Shown: positions 45,501 through 55,341, counted from the stretch's first letter. The stretch: 64,000 nucleotides of DNA from a virus (IMGVR_UViG_3300033121_002338:1-64000), one strand, 5' to 3'. Program-made: numbers and translations. Notes: generated by a model from the letters alone, not told the origin.

Positions 45501-46921
45501 TGGGTGCGTTAGCCCCGTTAGCCGTCTCTCTGCCCGCCAGTCTGGAGAATATGAAAATAGCCCTGGCGGGTGTGCTGGCTTCCCTGTCCGACCTGGCTCA
45601 GATGGCTGGCCCGCTTGGGGACACTGGGGCCGCGTTGGTTACGGCGTCCGGGTGGCTGGTGCAGGCATCTGGTCTTCTGTTGGTCGCCGGCCAGCAATTT
45701 ACGGCTGGTGGCCTAGCGTTACACGATGGCAGTCGGGTGATGAATCAGGCCCTAGCCGAATTAAATGGGATCGGGGCTTTGTCGTTACTGGGTGGGTTGG
45801 TCTTGCTGGCCGGCACTACGGTTCTGGTGGCGGCGTCGGCCCAGGTGGCGGTGGCCGGCAGCCTGCTGTTGGCTGGTGGTGCTGGCCTGCTGGTTGGTGC
45901 CCGGTCGATGGCAGAAGCGGTTAACTCATTCTCCGGGATCGACTCCGACTTGGTTGCGGTCGGGGCTACTTTGCTGGCTGGGGCCGGTGCCCTTCTCGGC
46001 GGTTCTGCTTTGCTTGCGGTTGTTTCCGGGATGATCGCCAGTTCGGCTGGGTCGCTGTCCGGTGCGGCGACTCAACTTCTGGGGATGCATCGTCCTCTGG
46101 CGGAGGCCGGTTTGGTCCTGGCTGGTGTGGGTGGCCAGATTTTGGCGGCTAGCATGGAAATGGCGCTGGCCGGCCAAGCGTTATTGCCGGCGTCTATTAT
46201 GATCTATTTGGGGATGAACTGGTTAGACCAGGCGGTTAGTCGATTCCGTCGTTCTACCGACTCGGTGAAGCAGGTGAGTCTGGCTCTGGCCTCATTTGCC
46301 CTTTCTTTCCAGGTTTTGAGTGTCACTCCGATGGGTGGCTTCAGGTCGTTGGTGGACGAGGCTTTGCAGTTATCCCCAAATATTGCTAAAATCGGGGTTG
46401 AATTGTTGCGGGCTTCGGATCAATTGAAGGCCGGGGTCGATGCCTTTGAGGCGCCGGCGAACCGCCTCGACCAGGTTCTGTCCAAACTCACGAATTCGAT
46501 GGCCCGGACGAACGATGGGTTGAAGATGGCTGAGAATATCGGCATGGCGGCCGATTACTTTAATAATTATGCCGGCTTGATGGAGAATGCTGCGGAGCGG
46601 ATTGACGCTGCTATTTTGACTAAGGCTTTGCCGGCTATGAGAGCGGCGGAGAAGTCGGGTTTAGAAGAGACAGTTAAGGCCCAGACGATTAATACTGTCC
46701 AGATTCTCGATAAGCGTGAAGGGGACAACACCGCCGATCGGGATGAGAGCGTTGAGCTGTTGGGTCGTCTGGCCGCTACCATGGACAAGATCGAGAGCAA
46801 ACTCGACGGTATCGGCACCAATAACGGCATGAAAGATCTGTTGGATATCCTGCGTTCCTATCTGCCGAACATGGTTGGGTCAGGCCAGAGTCTTGGTAGC
46901 GACCTGAACAACTGGAGGTAA
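42593..46921 (+). CDS. tail tape measure protein
   Basis: 1442 aa, helical, with a long Ala/Gly/Leu-rich hydrophobic repeat region; followed by baseplate genes. Confidence 0.85.
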   Translation: MRSDPSVYALSVQLSLESQAAFASLDTFSDKVVQIESQVASAAKEAIASITAITTEANKALLDFSQSFQGIDSTTVKINTNLAEASKELQTHLDNSDDRLKDGKKEFKQKQEIKEILEEFSDILESHHVQWKGFYDLTGKIIEAVKKKNLGHKEQNKLLTNDVELAGAFGSATDRNTGLLNDQGRVVGQNNLTWASIWNWIQRSSEATERFVATNYRAYGSQSDLLANARALGIANGIMSQQTLEAYAVMGNLKVPREELDKYADIVAKTSRATQVGIGQAGEYANRLRVVGLSLPQVERQLVHITEAMRKFGLSTHDVQNLMAGSSVELLKLKNAFGGSAEQMIKLEEGRFIMAGLGKQIGLGSEGARDFYNWITRDYEALARFGAFAGMAIKSAEDLNQAQIKAGVRLEQEMTAREELVKTGKMSIQVAQAYNNAIRDSFYGGSDAAMLTSREFGKVAKQLGLTGSSADEFNRIMERVNQNIKDPFSEANRSFIAQWRLLSDRFWTVTDAIGALVGDALMPLLQALNWTITQAFAVGQAFADVIHWLEQIPGLGYVITYFKWTAKAIAAVAIALVVLTAAAVSFMGVFGSIGGLFARLAMGMQFALNFILNLASVVGQGIVILLTSIGQGFLALGNLVRSVTVPLLALGAALLMAGGGAYLFALGVRTVAEVGWAAIPAMLGLIAAVAVLGVVLVGIATLIQGPIAVGMVVLGATLLMIGAGAWLAGQGLAAAGAGLTAIAGVMSFELLTFLGGLGIAVVALGAASLIGAPGIVALSVALSALGLALRLVVWPMETLMAVAAKFMGGVEKLAVAIGFVMTGLVGGIKDLAAVSPLLVFAATAILAGGLAMIPAAIALTAAGTMLLPGSILMAQVGRFIEVGGQSLLAGSPLLAAGAQQLQAAVNALWDVNGLFKSASLLLPGAAVLVKLGAAILLGGKGVAAGSAALFVGTERLRDVAGLFQGVAATLGALAPLAVSLPASLENMKIALAGVLASLSDLAQMAGPLGDTGAALVTASGWLVQASGLLLVAGQQFTAGGLALHDGSRVMNQALAELNGIGALSLLGGLVLLAGTTVLVAASAQVAVAGSLLLAGGAGLLVGARSMAEAVNSFSGIDSDLVAVGATLLAGAGALLGGSALLAVVSGMIASSAGSLSGAATQLLGMHRPLAEAGLVLAGVGGQILAASMEMALAGQALLPASIMIYLGMNWLDQAVSRFRRSTDSVKQVSLALASFALSFQVLSVTPMGGFRSLVDEALQLSPNIAKIGVELLRASDQLKAGVDAFEAPANRLDQVLSKLTNSMARTNDGLKMAENIGMAADYFNNYAGLMENAAERIDAAILTKALPAMRAAEKSGLEETVKAQTINTVQILDKREGDNTADRDESVELLGRLAATMDKIESKLDGIGTNNGMKDLLDILRSYLPNMVGSGQSLGSDLNNWR

Positions 46922-46922
46922 G

Positions 46923-47519
46923 ATGCCGGCTGAATACACAGACTGGGACACCAGGCTGGCCAGCGACGCACTCTTTGAGTTTAAAGTCGGTGCTTCCAGG
47001 GTGCCGCTTGCCCTGCAGTATCCCCCTGTGGTCCTGAGCGACGTGCGTAAAGCGGAGTGGAATGCCGGGGCCGACAAGCCCCTCCCGGGCAACGAACCGA
47101 TTGCCATCTTCGCCTCGACTGGTGCTCGCGAACTTGCCATTAGGATTACCTATATTGTTGACGGCGGGTTGTGGACGACCAGGAAGGTGGCCGAACAGGT
47201 CCGTTTGGTCCGCGGATACTATTCGCGCGCTGGCACACAACTGCAAAAACGGGAAGAATTGGTTGTTAACTTTAAGTTGTGGGCGGTCGGCGGTTCAGAA
47301 TTAATCTCAGCCAGGCTCAAGTCAGTTGACATCAAGCATAGTGAGACTATCGTAGCTCCAAATGATGGATTGGGGAGTGCTGTGCCGGATACCGATGAAG
47401 CTTACTTTCTTAAGACCGACATTACCCTTGACCTGGCGATCTGGACCAAGGGCACCAAGGATGCTCCGACCGCCCAGGACATTCCTGAATTGTCATTTCT
47501 TACCCCTGATTGGTTTTAA
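46923..47519 (+). CDS. tube-initiator / CIS-tube-like baseplate protein
   Basis: LQYPP...SDVRKAEW...GNEPIAIFASTGARELAIRITY...LKSVDIKH; directly after the tape measure gene. Confidence 0.6.
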   Translation: MPAEYTDWDTRLASDALFEFKVGASRVPLALQYPPVVLSDVRKAEWNAGADKPLPGNEPIAIFASTGARELAIRITYIVDGGLWTTRKVAEQVRLVRGYYSRAGTQLQKREELVVNFKLWAVGGSELISARLKSVDIKHSETIVAPNDGLGSAVPDTDEAYFLKTDITLDLAIWTKGTKDAPTAQDIPELSFLTPDWF

Positions 47520-47521
47520 TC

Positions 47522-47833
47522 ATGCAAGAGGACGATTTCTCCAGGTTCAGAACCACCGAGATGACCATTCTCGATGGCAAGGAAACTTTTGGTCGATGGA
47601 AACCCCCATCCTTTCTGGTCGAGAGGCCCGCTGAAGAGAACATAAGTGTCTTCAGAGTCAACAGTTCGTTTGAGGGTCGCCCCGATCTGATTAGCGATCA
47701 GGTTTATGGGACCCCGCTGCTGGACTGGGTTATCATAGCTTTTAATAATGTCCGCGATCCAATGAATTGGCCGCAGAGTGGATCGGTCATTGAATATCCG
47801 TCGGACACTATTGTGTTGCCTGAACTCCTCTAG
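47522..47833 (+). CDS. baseplate wedge protein (T4 gp53/LysM-like)
   Basis: GRPDLISDQVYGTPLLDWVIIAFNNV.DP.NWP..G.VIEYP. Confidence 0.8.
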   Translation: MQEDDFSRFRTTEMTILDGKETFGRWKPPSFLVERPAEENISVFRVNSSFEGRPDLISDQVYGTPLLDWVIIAFNNVRDPMNWPQSGSVIEYPSDTIVLPELL

Positions 47834-47896
47834 GATGCGTTCTGACTTTTCTGTCAGTTAAATAGTTAGACTCCATTCGATGGTCCAGGTGCTGCG

Positions 47897-50098
47897 ATGG
47901 CTGATGCTGATACCGTCTGGCGGAAATTCTTTGACCATCGCACCAAGCCACTTTGGGAGCGTTTCCCTGGCAGCTATCGGGCGTTGGTGGTGGAAACGAA
48001 TGACCCGCTGGTGATGGGTCGGGTTAGGTTTAAGTGCCCGGATATGCATGACTTTTCGATGTCTGCTTCAGAGTGCCCGTGGGCGGTTCCCGCTTTTGAG
48101 TTGGGCGGGCCGAGGTCCGGCCGTTTTGTGCACCCTTGTATCGGAGACTGGGTCTGGATCTCTTTCGAGCGTCAGCAGCCGTACGGGCCAATCTGGACCG
48201 GCTTTGCGAATCCGACCAGGCGTAAATTTTACCCATATCCGTCTGTGCATCAGGTCACACCGTTGAGTGTGAATGAAGAGGGTAAACCGGCCGACAAGCC
48301 AGACGATTACGATGCTGATTACTTGCCTAAGGATGGCCGACCGATGGCCCACGGGTGGGCCGACCGTTATGGCAACCTTGATATTAGTTCTTCTGTTGGT
48401 TTTTTCCCGGAAGAGCACAAAGACCCACCACCGCCTCCGGACCACGACGCCATCCAACGGTCTAATTTCGACCAACGCCAGAGCCCGCCGGAGGTCAACT
48501 CCCCAGACAAGAAGTACATGGTCAGGGCCACCAAATATGGCTCGATCTTCATAATGTCAGACCAGGGTTATCATTGGAAGAAAGAGGGGGGCAAGGGGGA
48601 ATTCATCGGGAGTTTCAAGAAGGACGAACAGTTCGAGATCAAGCGTTGGAAATCCTTGCAGAAATTCCTGAATGAAGGCGAGCCGAAAGGCGACCATCGC
48701 CGGATCGGCCTGGTCAGCCGGTATGGTTCTAAATTCGAGATGCGTGACACCGGTTGGGCACAAGAGGGACCGGTCTCCTCCAAGTCCCGGCCGGACGAAT
48801 TTGGGCCACCCCAGACCCTTTCGTCGGAGAACAAGGCTGATCTGCGGTGGATTAAATTGCGGACTAAGGGCGGGATGCTGCTGCAGGCCTACGACAAAGG
48901 CTTCCATCCCAATGACGATAAATTCGTCAAACGGCGGATCAACGACGAGATGGGGGTGCGGTCGGAACAGGAGGACAAATACTGGGGTAACAAGGACGCC
49001 CGCTGGATCAGGGTTGTGACCAGATATGGCATCAAGATTGTCCTGGATGACCGCGGTTCCGACGACAAGAACGCCGACAAGCGCGAAGCCCCACACGGTA
49101 ACGGGGTGCTCATTAAGGGGAGGCGTTCGCCATCGGTGAAAGCGGAGCCGAAGACCGGCAACCCACGGGGCTTCTACTTCGAATTCAATGAGAACGATAA
49201 GGCTAACCACTCCTCGTGGGGGAGTCCCATGGGGCAGTCGATCGAGATGAACGATCGTTATCAGTATATGATGATGGCAGTATCGTTGGGGCGGAAATGG
49301 GCGTCGAAATTTAAGGGGTTAAAAGAGAATGAGTTTATCCGCAAGCCGATGATGTTAAAGGACCCGGAGAAGTCAGCTTACCACTTAAAACTCGACCATG
49401 ATAACGAGTATCTGAGGTTAAAAACTCGTGGCGGTCGGGGGCCACGAGCGATGTCGCCGTCGAACCCGTCGGGGGTGCGTAAGAAAGAACTGCAACAGGG
49501 TCTGGAGGCCCGCGACGGCAACAAGGGGGACGGGCCGTGGGTTGAATTGGTTGATTCACAACACCGGGGCTTTTGGTGGTCCAAATTCGAACAGTTGGGG
49601 GTGTGGAGAGCCAAAAAGGGCCGCAAGATGTACCAATGGTTTGATGACCGCCAGCGACAGATTGTGATCTATAATAATGAATCAAACGGCACCATCGAGA
49701 TCTATGCGAACAGCAAAGTGAATATTATCGCGAAACGCGATGTCCATCTAAACGCTGATCGCAATATCACCATGCACGCCGGCCGTTCGATCCGTATGGA
49801 AGCTGGTGGCACCAGGCTCACCATAAACAGTTCCGGTGTGCATACCAATAAGAATTACTACGGGCGGCGGATTTTCGCTCAAATTTGCCAGTTGCGGATT
49901 AGGCTGAGTGGTAGGGGTTGTAAATGCCGAGCCACCATTGTTGGGCAGGGGTGCCAACGCCCTGGTGGGGTTAGGGTCGCTCCACAGGATTCACCAACTC
50001 TACCCAATCAGCTAGAACCCACCGACCGCGGCCAAACTTACAACGAACCGTTTGAAGAGTGTCCGGTTGATGAAGTAGAACACCCGACTGGTGCTTGA
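47897..50098 (+). CDS. baseplate central spike (gp5/VgrG OB-fold)
   Basis: YRALVVETNDPL.MGRVRFKCP...PWA.P...P.IGDWVWISFE...P.WTG; C-terminal beta-helix-like repeats. Confidence 0.8.
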   Translation: MADADTVWRKFFDHRTKPLWERFPGSYRALVVETNDPLVMGRVRFKCPDMHDFSMSASECPWAVPAFELGGPRSGRFVHPCIGDWVWISFERQQPYGPIWTGFANPTRRKFYPYPSVHQVTPLSVNEEGKPADKPDDYDADYLPKDGRPMAHGWADRYGNLDISSSVGFFPEEHKDPPPPPDHDAIQRSNFDQRQSPPEVNSPDKKYMVRATKYGSIFIMSDQGYHWKKEGGKGEFIGSFKKDEQFEIKRWKSLQKFLNEGEPKGDHRRIGLVSRYGSKFEMRDTGWAQEGPVSSKSRPDEFGPPQTLSSENKADLRWIKLRTKGGMLLQAYDKGFHPNDDKFVKRRINDEMGVRSEQEDKYWGNKDARWIRVVTRYGIKIVLDDRGSDDKNADKREAPHGNGVLIKGRRSPSVKAEPKTGNPRGFYFEFNENDKANHSSWGSPMGQSIEMNDRYQYMMMAVSLGRKWASKFKGLKENEFIRKPMMLKDPEKSAYHLKLDHDNEYLRLKTRGGRGPRAMSPSNPSGVRKKELQQGLEARDGNKGDGPWVELVDSQHRGFWWSKFEQLGVWRAKKGRKMYQWFDDRQRQIVIYNNESNGTIEIYANSKVNIIAKRDVHLNADRNITMHAGRSIRMEAGGTRLTINSSGVHTNKNYYGRRIFAQICQLRIRLSGRGCKCRATIVGQGCQRPGGVRVAPQDSPTLPNQLEPTDRGQTYNEPFEECPVDEVEHPTGA

Positions 50099-50817
50099 TG
50101 ATCATCCGATTCTCGACTGGCCTGTACAAAAGCGTTCTGCCATCCACTCCGCAGGATGCTGGTAATATTACATTCGTTATCAGCAACACTACCCCACCCC
50201 GCACCAATCTGGTTTTTCCTAAGATTCCTGCTGGTCTGGCTGACCTTGGCCGTTTCCATGACCAGCCACTGAGTGGTTTAGATAATCGGCGCTTTCTCGG
50301 CGAATTGATCTTTAACGTCTCGGCCGCCAGGCGATCACTCACCGGCAACAACTCCAAGCAGTATGAGATCGGTCAGGTCCTGGAATTCACCGACGTGGAT
50401 AACAAGACGGTTGAACCGATGCTGGTCAACCAGGTCACGCAGATCCAGCACAACACCAATGTGCTTGACTACGAAGCGATGGGGATCACTGGTGAGGAGC
50501 AAGATCTCATTGCTAGTGAATCATTTAGGATGCTGGCTGAGTTGACAGATCAACTCAATGCCGCTAAGCAGCTCCGGGCCGATGCCGAGATTAAAGTGAA
50601 TCTTCAACAGAAGATCGTCAACGAGACCACCAAGACTATCGAAGCGCTGTCGGTGATCGGTGGTGCTGGGCTGGGGCCGCTGTTGGATAAACTGCGGGAT
50701 ACCCGTCAGTCGGCTTTCGCGGCCAGGGACGCGGCTATTGTCGAGGCCAATGACGCTGCTGCTGCCGCCGATGTGCTTGTGGGTAAGCTTCGTACCGTAG
50801 CCACCATTGTGAAATAA
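50095..50817 (+). CDS. hypothetical baseplate-region protein with a coiled-coil C-terminus
   Basis: 240 aa, coupled to the spike gene. Confidence 0.7.
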   Translation: MMIIRFSTGLYKSVLPSTPQDAGNITFVISNTTPPRTNLVFPKIPAGLADLGRFHDQPLSGLDNRRFLGELIFNVSAARRSLTGNNSKQYEIGQVLEFTDVDNKTVEPMLVNQVTQIQHNTNVLDYEAMGITGEEQDLIASESFRMLAELTDQLNAAKQLRADAEIKVNLQQKIVNETTKTIEALSVIGGAGLGPLLDKLRDTRQSAFAARDAAIVEANDAAAAADVLVGKLRTVATIVK

Positions 50818-50818
50818 A

Positions 50819-51211
50819 ATGGCTAAGAGCAAAGCAACGTTCTATGGGGTGAACCCGCCATTTATTGGCGGTCCGCAGAATGTCTTATCAAGACAAGAGG
50901 ACGATCGGTTAATCAAGAATGATATTCTCCAGTTGCTTTTGACTGTGCCGGGTGAGCGGGTGATGCGGCCGTCATACGGAGTGCACCTGCGGTCCTTTGT
51001 GTTTGAGTTGGCCACCGACTCTGCGATCGCCGGTCTTCGCAGTGAGATTATTAATGCCCTCGGGACCTATGAGCCGCGGGTTAATGTGGAGAGTGTGGAT
51101 ATCGAGCGTGACGACGACCGTGGTGGGATTGCTATTCAGATTGTTGTGAGCCTGAAAAAAGACATGCGGCGACTAATTACGATTGATTATTTCTTGGCTG
51201 GTCGGACTTAA
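50819..51211 (+). CDS. baseplate wedge protein (T4 gp25-like)
   Basis: IKNDILQLLLTVPGERVMRPSYG...YEPRVNV. Confidence 0.9.
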   Translation: MAKSKATFYGVNPPFIGGPQNVLSRQEDDRLIKNDILQLLLTVPGERVMRPSYGVHLRSFVFELATDSAIAGLRSEIINALGTYEPRVNVESVDIERDDDRGGIAIQIVVSLKKDMRRLITIDYFLAGRT

Positions 51212-51224
51212 TTGAGAGAACATA

Positions 51225-52841
51225 ATGGCCGATAGCCCCGAGACACTATTTGATCTTCCTAATACTCCGGATGAATTCGGTGTTGTTTTACCGCCACCGA
51301 ATCTGAGGCGTTTGGATTTTTCTGGGCTAGATTTTACGACCGCCAGGCGGGCGATGGTTGAGTATCTTAAGACCTATTATCCAGATGACTTTAACGATTT
51401 CGTTGCCAGCAACGGCTTGATGATGCTAATGGAGTTGGTGGCGGCGACCACTGGTAAATTGTCGTTGCGCAGTGATATTCTGGCCCAGGAGGGCACACTG
51501 CCAACCAGCCGGACCGAGGAAGCGGTGGTTAACCATCTGGCTTTGATCAACCAGAGGATCAAACGTCAGACTCCGGCCGTGACAGATGTTGAAGCGAGTG
51601 TAGACCAGCCTACGTTCACCGACATAGAAATCGATGCCGGAACTGCCTTCAGTACCAATGGCCCGGACGGAGCACAGATCACCTATGAAATCTATCGGGC
51701 GCCTGGGGATTGGACTAGCAAAATTGTGATCCCCGCTGGCAAACGTGGTGTGATTTGTTATGGGCTTGAGGGGCGGTTAGCCACACCGGTGGTGGTCTTT
51801 AGTGCCGGCGGACCGAACCAGGTGTACACAGTCCAAGATGATGCGATCTTGGAATCGCCTATTTTCGTTGACGTGACTGTCGGTAGCACGGCAGAGCCTT
51901 GGAAGGTGATTAACGAGCCCATCGAACGTTATGGTTCTACTGACAAGGTTGTTGAAGTCATTTTTGTGGACAATCGGGCGAAATTTCGTTTTGGTGATGA
52001 CGTGACCGGTCAGGCGCCGGTGTCCGGTTCTAGTATCAGCTTCCGTTATCGGGTCGGTGGCGGTAGTCGTGGGCGGGTGGGTGTTGGGCAGGTAGACGCG
52101 ACTAGACAACTGACCCCCCTGCCGCCGGCCAACGCGGCGGTCTCGGTTCGCTTTCGGAACATCACGCCGTCGTCCGGCGGGACCGACCGGGAGAGCATTG
52201 AGGCGGCCAAGCGGCGCGCCCCCCGCGATTTTGCCCTCCAGCGCTCGATTGTGACTGCGGAGGACTACGCACAGGCCGCCAGCACCTTTAGTCACCCAGT
52301 TTTTGGTGCGGTGTTGAAGGCTCTGGCCACGATCAGGACTGGTAGGAACGCTAACCAAGTTGAGATCTACACGCTTGCAGAAGGGCCGGATGGGTTGCCG
52401 GTGGCGCCGAATGCAGGGCTTAAAGCAGGGTTAGTCACCTATTTTAATGACCTGAATGTGGTGACTGATAGTGTGGTGGTGCTGGACGGGGCGCTGAAGG
52501 CGATTGACGTTGAGATGACGGTGATCGTTAACCGGAACGTTGACGCTTCGGTGGTTAAAGAGAAGGTAGAAGCGGCGATCACCGATTTCTTTAACCTTGA
52601 TAATTGGGATATGGGTGGCCCATTCTATTACTCTAATTTTATTGAGGCAATTAAAAAAGTTGACGGTGTTGCGTACGTGGATTTATTTAAACCGTCCGGC
52701 AATATTTTGCCGACCTCAGCGATCGCCAATCCAGATGAGCCGACCGGCGTTGGCTTTAATGAGTTGATTGTCGAAGGAAGTCGCAAGATCAGCTATTACT
52801 ATGAGAAGAATCCACCTCCAAGCGGCGTGAGAGGTCGTTAA
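51225..52841 (+). CDS. baseplate wedge protein (T4 gp6 / baseplate J-like)
   Basis: LDFSGLDF...DFNDF..S.G...FRFGDDVTG..P...YRVGGG..G...SGGTDRESIE..K..AP....Q...VT.EDY. Confidence 0.9.
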   Translation: MADSPETLFDLPNTPDEFGVVLPPPNLRRLDFSGLDFTTARRAMVEYLKTYYPDDFNDFVASNGLMMLMELVAATTGKLSLRSDILAQEGTLPTSRTEEAVVNHLALINQRIKRQTPAVTDVEASVDQPTFTDIEIDAGTAFSTNGPDGAQITYEIYRAPGDWTSKIVIPAGKRGVICYGLEGRLATPVVVFSAGGPNQVYTVQDDAILESPIFVDVTVGSTAEPWKVINEPIERYGSTDKVVEVIFVDNRAKFRFGDDVTGQAPVSGSSISFRYRVGGGSRGRVGVGQVDATRQLTPLPPANAAVSVRFRNITPSSGGTDRESIEAAKRRAPRDFALQRSIVTAEDYAQAASTFSHPVFGAVLKALATIRTGRNANQVEIYTLAEGPDGLPVAPNAGLKAGLVTYFNDLNVVTDSVVVLDGALKAIDVEMTVIVNRNVDASVVKEKVEAAITDFFNLDNWDMGGPFYYSNFIEAIKKVDGVAYVDLFKPSGNILPTSAIANPDEPTGVGFNELIVEGSRKISYYYEKNPPPSGVRGR

Positions 52842-53275
52842 TGGACTGGACAGCCAAAGTTTGGGGCCGGACCAGAGAATTGGTCCATAGCCCGTTCTAT
52901 TCCAAACATGAGCTGGAGGTGCTGGTTGGGGGGTTCTGTTCCCTCCATTATCACCGGCAACGTGCGAATCGTTTCTTAATCCTGTCTGGTGTAATAGAAA
53001 TCGTTGAGATGTTCGGGCCTGTGATTTCCAGGAGAAAGTTGGGTCCCGAAAATACTTATGACATTCCTTCACTGGTGCCGCACTTATTCATAGTCCATCA
53101 ACCTGGCATAGTGATAGAAGAATATTATCCTGACCGCGGTGGCGTGGTCGCCCGTGATGATATTGTGCGGATAGTGGAGGGTGGTCTGGTGCAAGCCGAT
53201 AAACTTCATGAGTTGCCGGAATGTCTGCTATCCACCCCGAACTTGATGGTCAGGTCATTCGGATGTGGACTATAA
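52841..53275 (+). CDS. cupin-fold protein (mannose-6-phosphate isomerase-like)
   Basis: KVWG....CSLHYH....N.F....G....IP....H.F. Confidence 0.7.
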   Translation: MDWTAKVWGRTRELVHSPFYSKHELEVLVGGFCSLHYHRQRANRFLILSGVIEIVEMFGPVISRRKLGPENTYDIPSLVPHLFIVHQPGIVIEEYYPDRGGVVARDDIVRIVEGGLVQADKLHELPECLLSTPNLMVRSFGCGL

Positions 53276-53610
53276 TCTATGACAATAACATAGATAAGAT
53301 ATATTACTTTTTTGATTGGCAGAAGATTTTACAGAGTTTGGCCGGGGCGATTAGGACCTATCTGGACGACGACGCCGCTTCCCAAGAGATCATCGACGGC
53401 CTGTTAGAGGCCATGGCCACTGACCACGGCCGGCCAATCATCCCACTTACGATGAGCCGCGGCAAAGACAAGGTCCTCGATATCACCATCTATCGGTGGG
53501 AATTCGATCGTTTCACACCGCTATTTTCGGTATTAAATAAATGCTATCAGCTTGGCGATGATGCTCTTCGCCTAGAGATCATGGGTCTGCTTTCTAACAG
53601 TCAGAGGTAG
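53221..53610 (+). CDS. hypothetical protein
   Basis: 129-aa ORF; the start is uncertain. Confidence 0.55.
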   Translation: MSAIHPELDGQVIRMWTIIYDNNIDKIYYFFDWQKILQSLAGAIRTYLDDDAASQEIIDGLLEAMATDHGRPIIPLTMSRGKDKVLDITIYRWEFDRFTPLFSVLNKCYQLGDDALRLEIMGLLSNSQR

Positions 53611-53614
53611 GATC

Positions 53615-54379
53615 ATGAAGGATCGTCTGATGGTGGCGCTCGATGTGCCAGATGTGTCGAGCGCCCTAGTTGTTATTGAACAGACCCACCAGCACGTGGG
53701 TTGGTACAAAATCGGCCTTGAATTAATCGCCTCTCAGAACGCCGACAAGGTTCTCGGTTGGGTCAAGAAACACGAAGCCCGTGCTTTCTTTGATATTAAA
53801 CTGAACGATATCCCCACTACCGTCGGGCGTTCGGTCCGGGCCGCCAAGAAATTGGGGGTCGATCTAATTAACGTTCACGCCACCGCCGGCCTAGCCGCGA
53901 TGAAAGCCGCCGTGGAGGAGGCCGGGGACGAAACCATGGTGGCCGCCGTCACGATTTTGACGTCGCTAGATTGTAATGACCTTGAAAAGTGTCGTTTTGA
54001 CATCTCCGGCCACATGTCCGATGCGAGTGCGGTTGGTTCGTTGGTCAGTGACCTGGCTTGCCTGGCGGCTGAGGCTAAGGTGCCCGCCATCATCTGTTCG
54101 CCGCGTGACCTGCCATATCTGGTCAATGGCGGGGTGTTTGACAAATTTGTGAAAATCACTCCGGGCGTGCGGCCGGCCTGGGCGGCTGCTAATGACCAGA
54201 AGCGGGCGATGAGCCCGGCAGACGCCATTGAGGCCGGCGCCGACAAACTGGTGGTTGGGCGGCCCATCACAGCCCCGCCGGATGGCCTTACCTGTTCTCA
54301 GGCAGCCCAGAAGATCCTGGCCGAGATCGAGGCTATGGAGGCCTCGATCAAAGAGTCTTATGTCCTGTCGTCTGTCTGA
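53615..54379 (+). CDS. pyrF: orotidine-5'-phosphate decarboxylase
   Basis: LMVALD...YKIGLEL...FFDIKLNDIPTTV...VHA..G...VTILTS...TPGVR...DQKR...GAD.LVVGRPIT. Confidence 0.95.
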   Translation: MKDRLMVALDVPDVSSALVVIEQTHQHVGWYKIGLELIASQNADKVLGWVKKHEARAFFDIKLNDIPTTVGRSVRAAKKLGVDLINVHATAGLAAMKAAVEEAGDETMVAAVTILTSLDCNDLEKCRFDISGHMSDASAVGSLVSDLACLAAEAKVPAIICSPRDLPYLVNGGVFDKFVKITPGVRPAWAAANDQKRAMSPADAIEAGADKLVVGRPITAPPDGLTCSQAAQKILAEIEAMEASIKESYVLSSV

Positions 54380-54633
54380 AATGGATTCGGGTCAAGGCCG
54401 ACGAGCAGGTCCCTGATCATTTGTTTCAGGACTTGATTGCCAAGGACGGCAGCATCGTATTCGTGCCCTCTGATAAAGATGATGGGACGATCACCTTGCG
54501 GGGAGGCGGCGATGGCAATAGCTGTCTCGATCCCGCATTGTTGGCAGGCCTCACCGAATCTATCGCTTAATTTCGTGGATAGCTCATCAAAGATGGTCTG
54601 GTTGTCGTCCCGGGGTGAACTCTCGTCAGCCAT
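54358..54633 (-). CDS. hypothetical protein
   Basis: 91-aa ORF with an RBS-like ggag. Confidence 0.55.
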   Translation of the reverse strand: MADESSPRDDNQTIFDELSTKLSDRFGEACQQCGIETAIAIAASPQGDRPIIFIRGHEYDAAVLGNQVLKQMIRDLLVGLDPNPFQTDDRT

Positions 54634-54684
54634 TGAAGCTCCTCGTATTGCGATCTGGCTGGTTATTTAGCGGGGGGCCGAAAA

Positions 54685-55341
54685 ATGGACGACAATCGCA
54701 TCCGCAACATTCTGCATTGGTGTTCTGAATCATATTCACAACACGGTCGAAAATTTTCGCTCCCAGCCAACACAGACCCCGCTAAGACCTACCAGTGGCG
54801 CTATGCTAGTGCGATGGCGAAGAAATTCGAAGAATGGGAATTGAACGACGAAGCGGCACGCAAATTCATCGATATCGCCGTGCAGACCTCGAAGGAAAAC
54901 GGCACGATCTGTAAGGGACTAGCGGTCCTACACCAGTCCAACATGCTGTCGATCTGCTATAACAAGCTGCTCAGTGAATCAACCAAGAACAATCAATTAT
55001 TGCGCTCTTTGATTTGCATGAAACGGTGGGTACGCGATCAGGTCAAAGACAATGATCCAATTGCCACTCTGCTCTATCGGGAACAATTCGATGGTTTCTG
55101 CAATCTAACCCTGTGGTACAAAGCAACTCAACTCTCTGAACTGTACCTAGCCCTGTCTGCTAGTTGCAGTAAGTCTTTAGCCCGTCTCAATCTGGCTAGA
55201 CCACAGGAACGGAATCTGCTGCCGTCAGCAGCAGAACTGTATATTATTCGTGGGCGTTTCCTGAATGACTCAGGGAATGCCCGTAAAGCCAAAGAAATCT
55301 TCGGGACAGATTGGAGAAAATTGTGTCTGTCAGAATCGTAA
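54685..55341 (+). CDS. hypothetical protein
   Basis: 218-aa ORF. Confidence 0.7.
   Translation: MDDNRIRNILHWCSESYSQHGRKFSLPANTDPAKTYQWRYASAMAKKFEEWELNDEAARKFIDIAVQTSKENGTICKGLAVLHQSNMLSICYNKLLSESTKNNQLLRSLICMKRWVRDQVKDNDPIATLLYREQFDGFCNLTLWYKATQLSELYLALSASCSKSLARLNLARPQERNLLPSAAELYIIRGRFLNDSGNARKAKEIFGTDWRKLCLSES

Noticed and set aside
43000-46200. Overlapping ORFs within the tape measure gene
   Set aside because: Shadow frames of a low-complexity gene.
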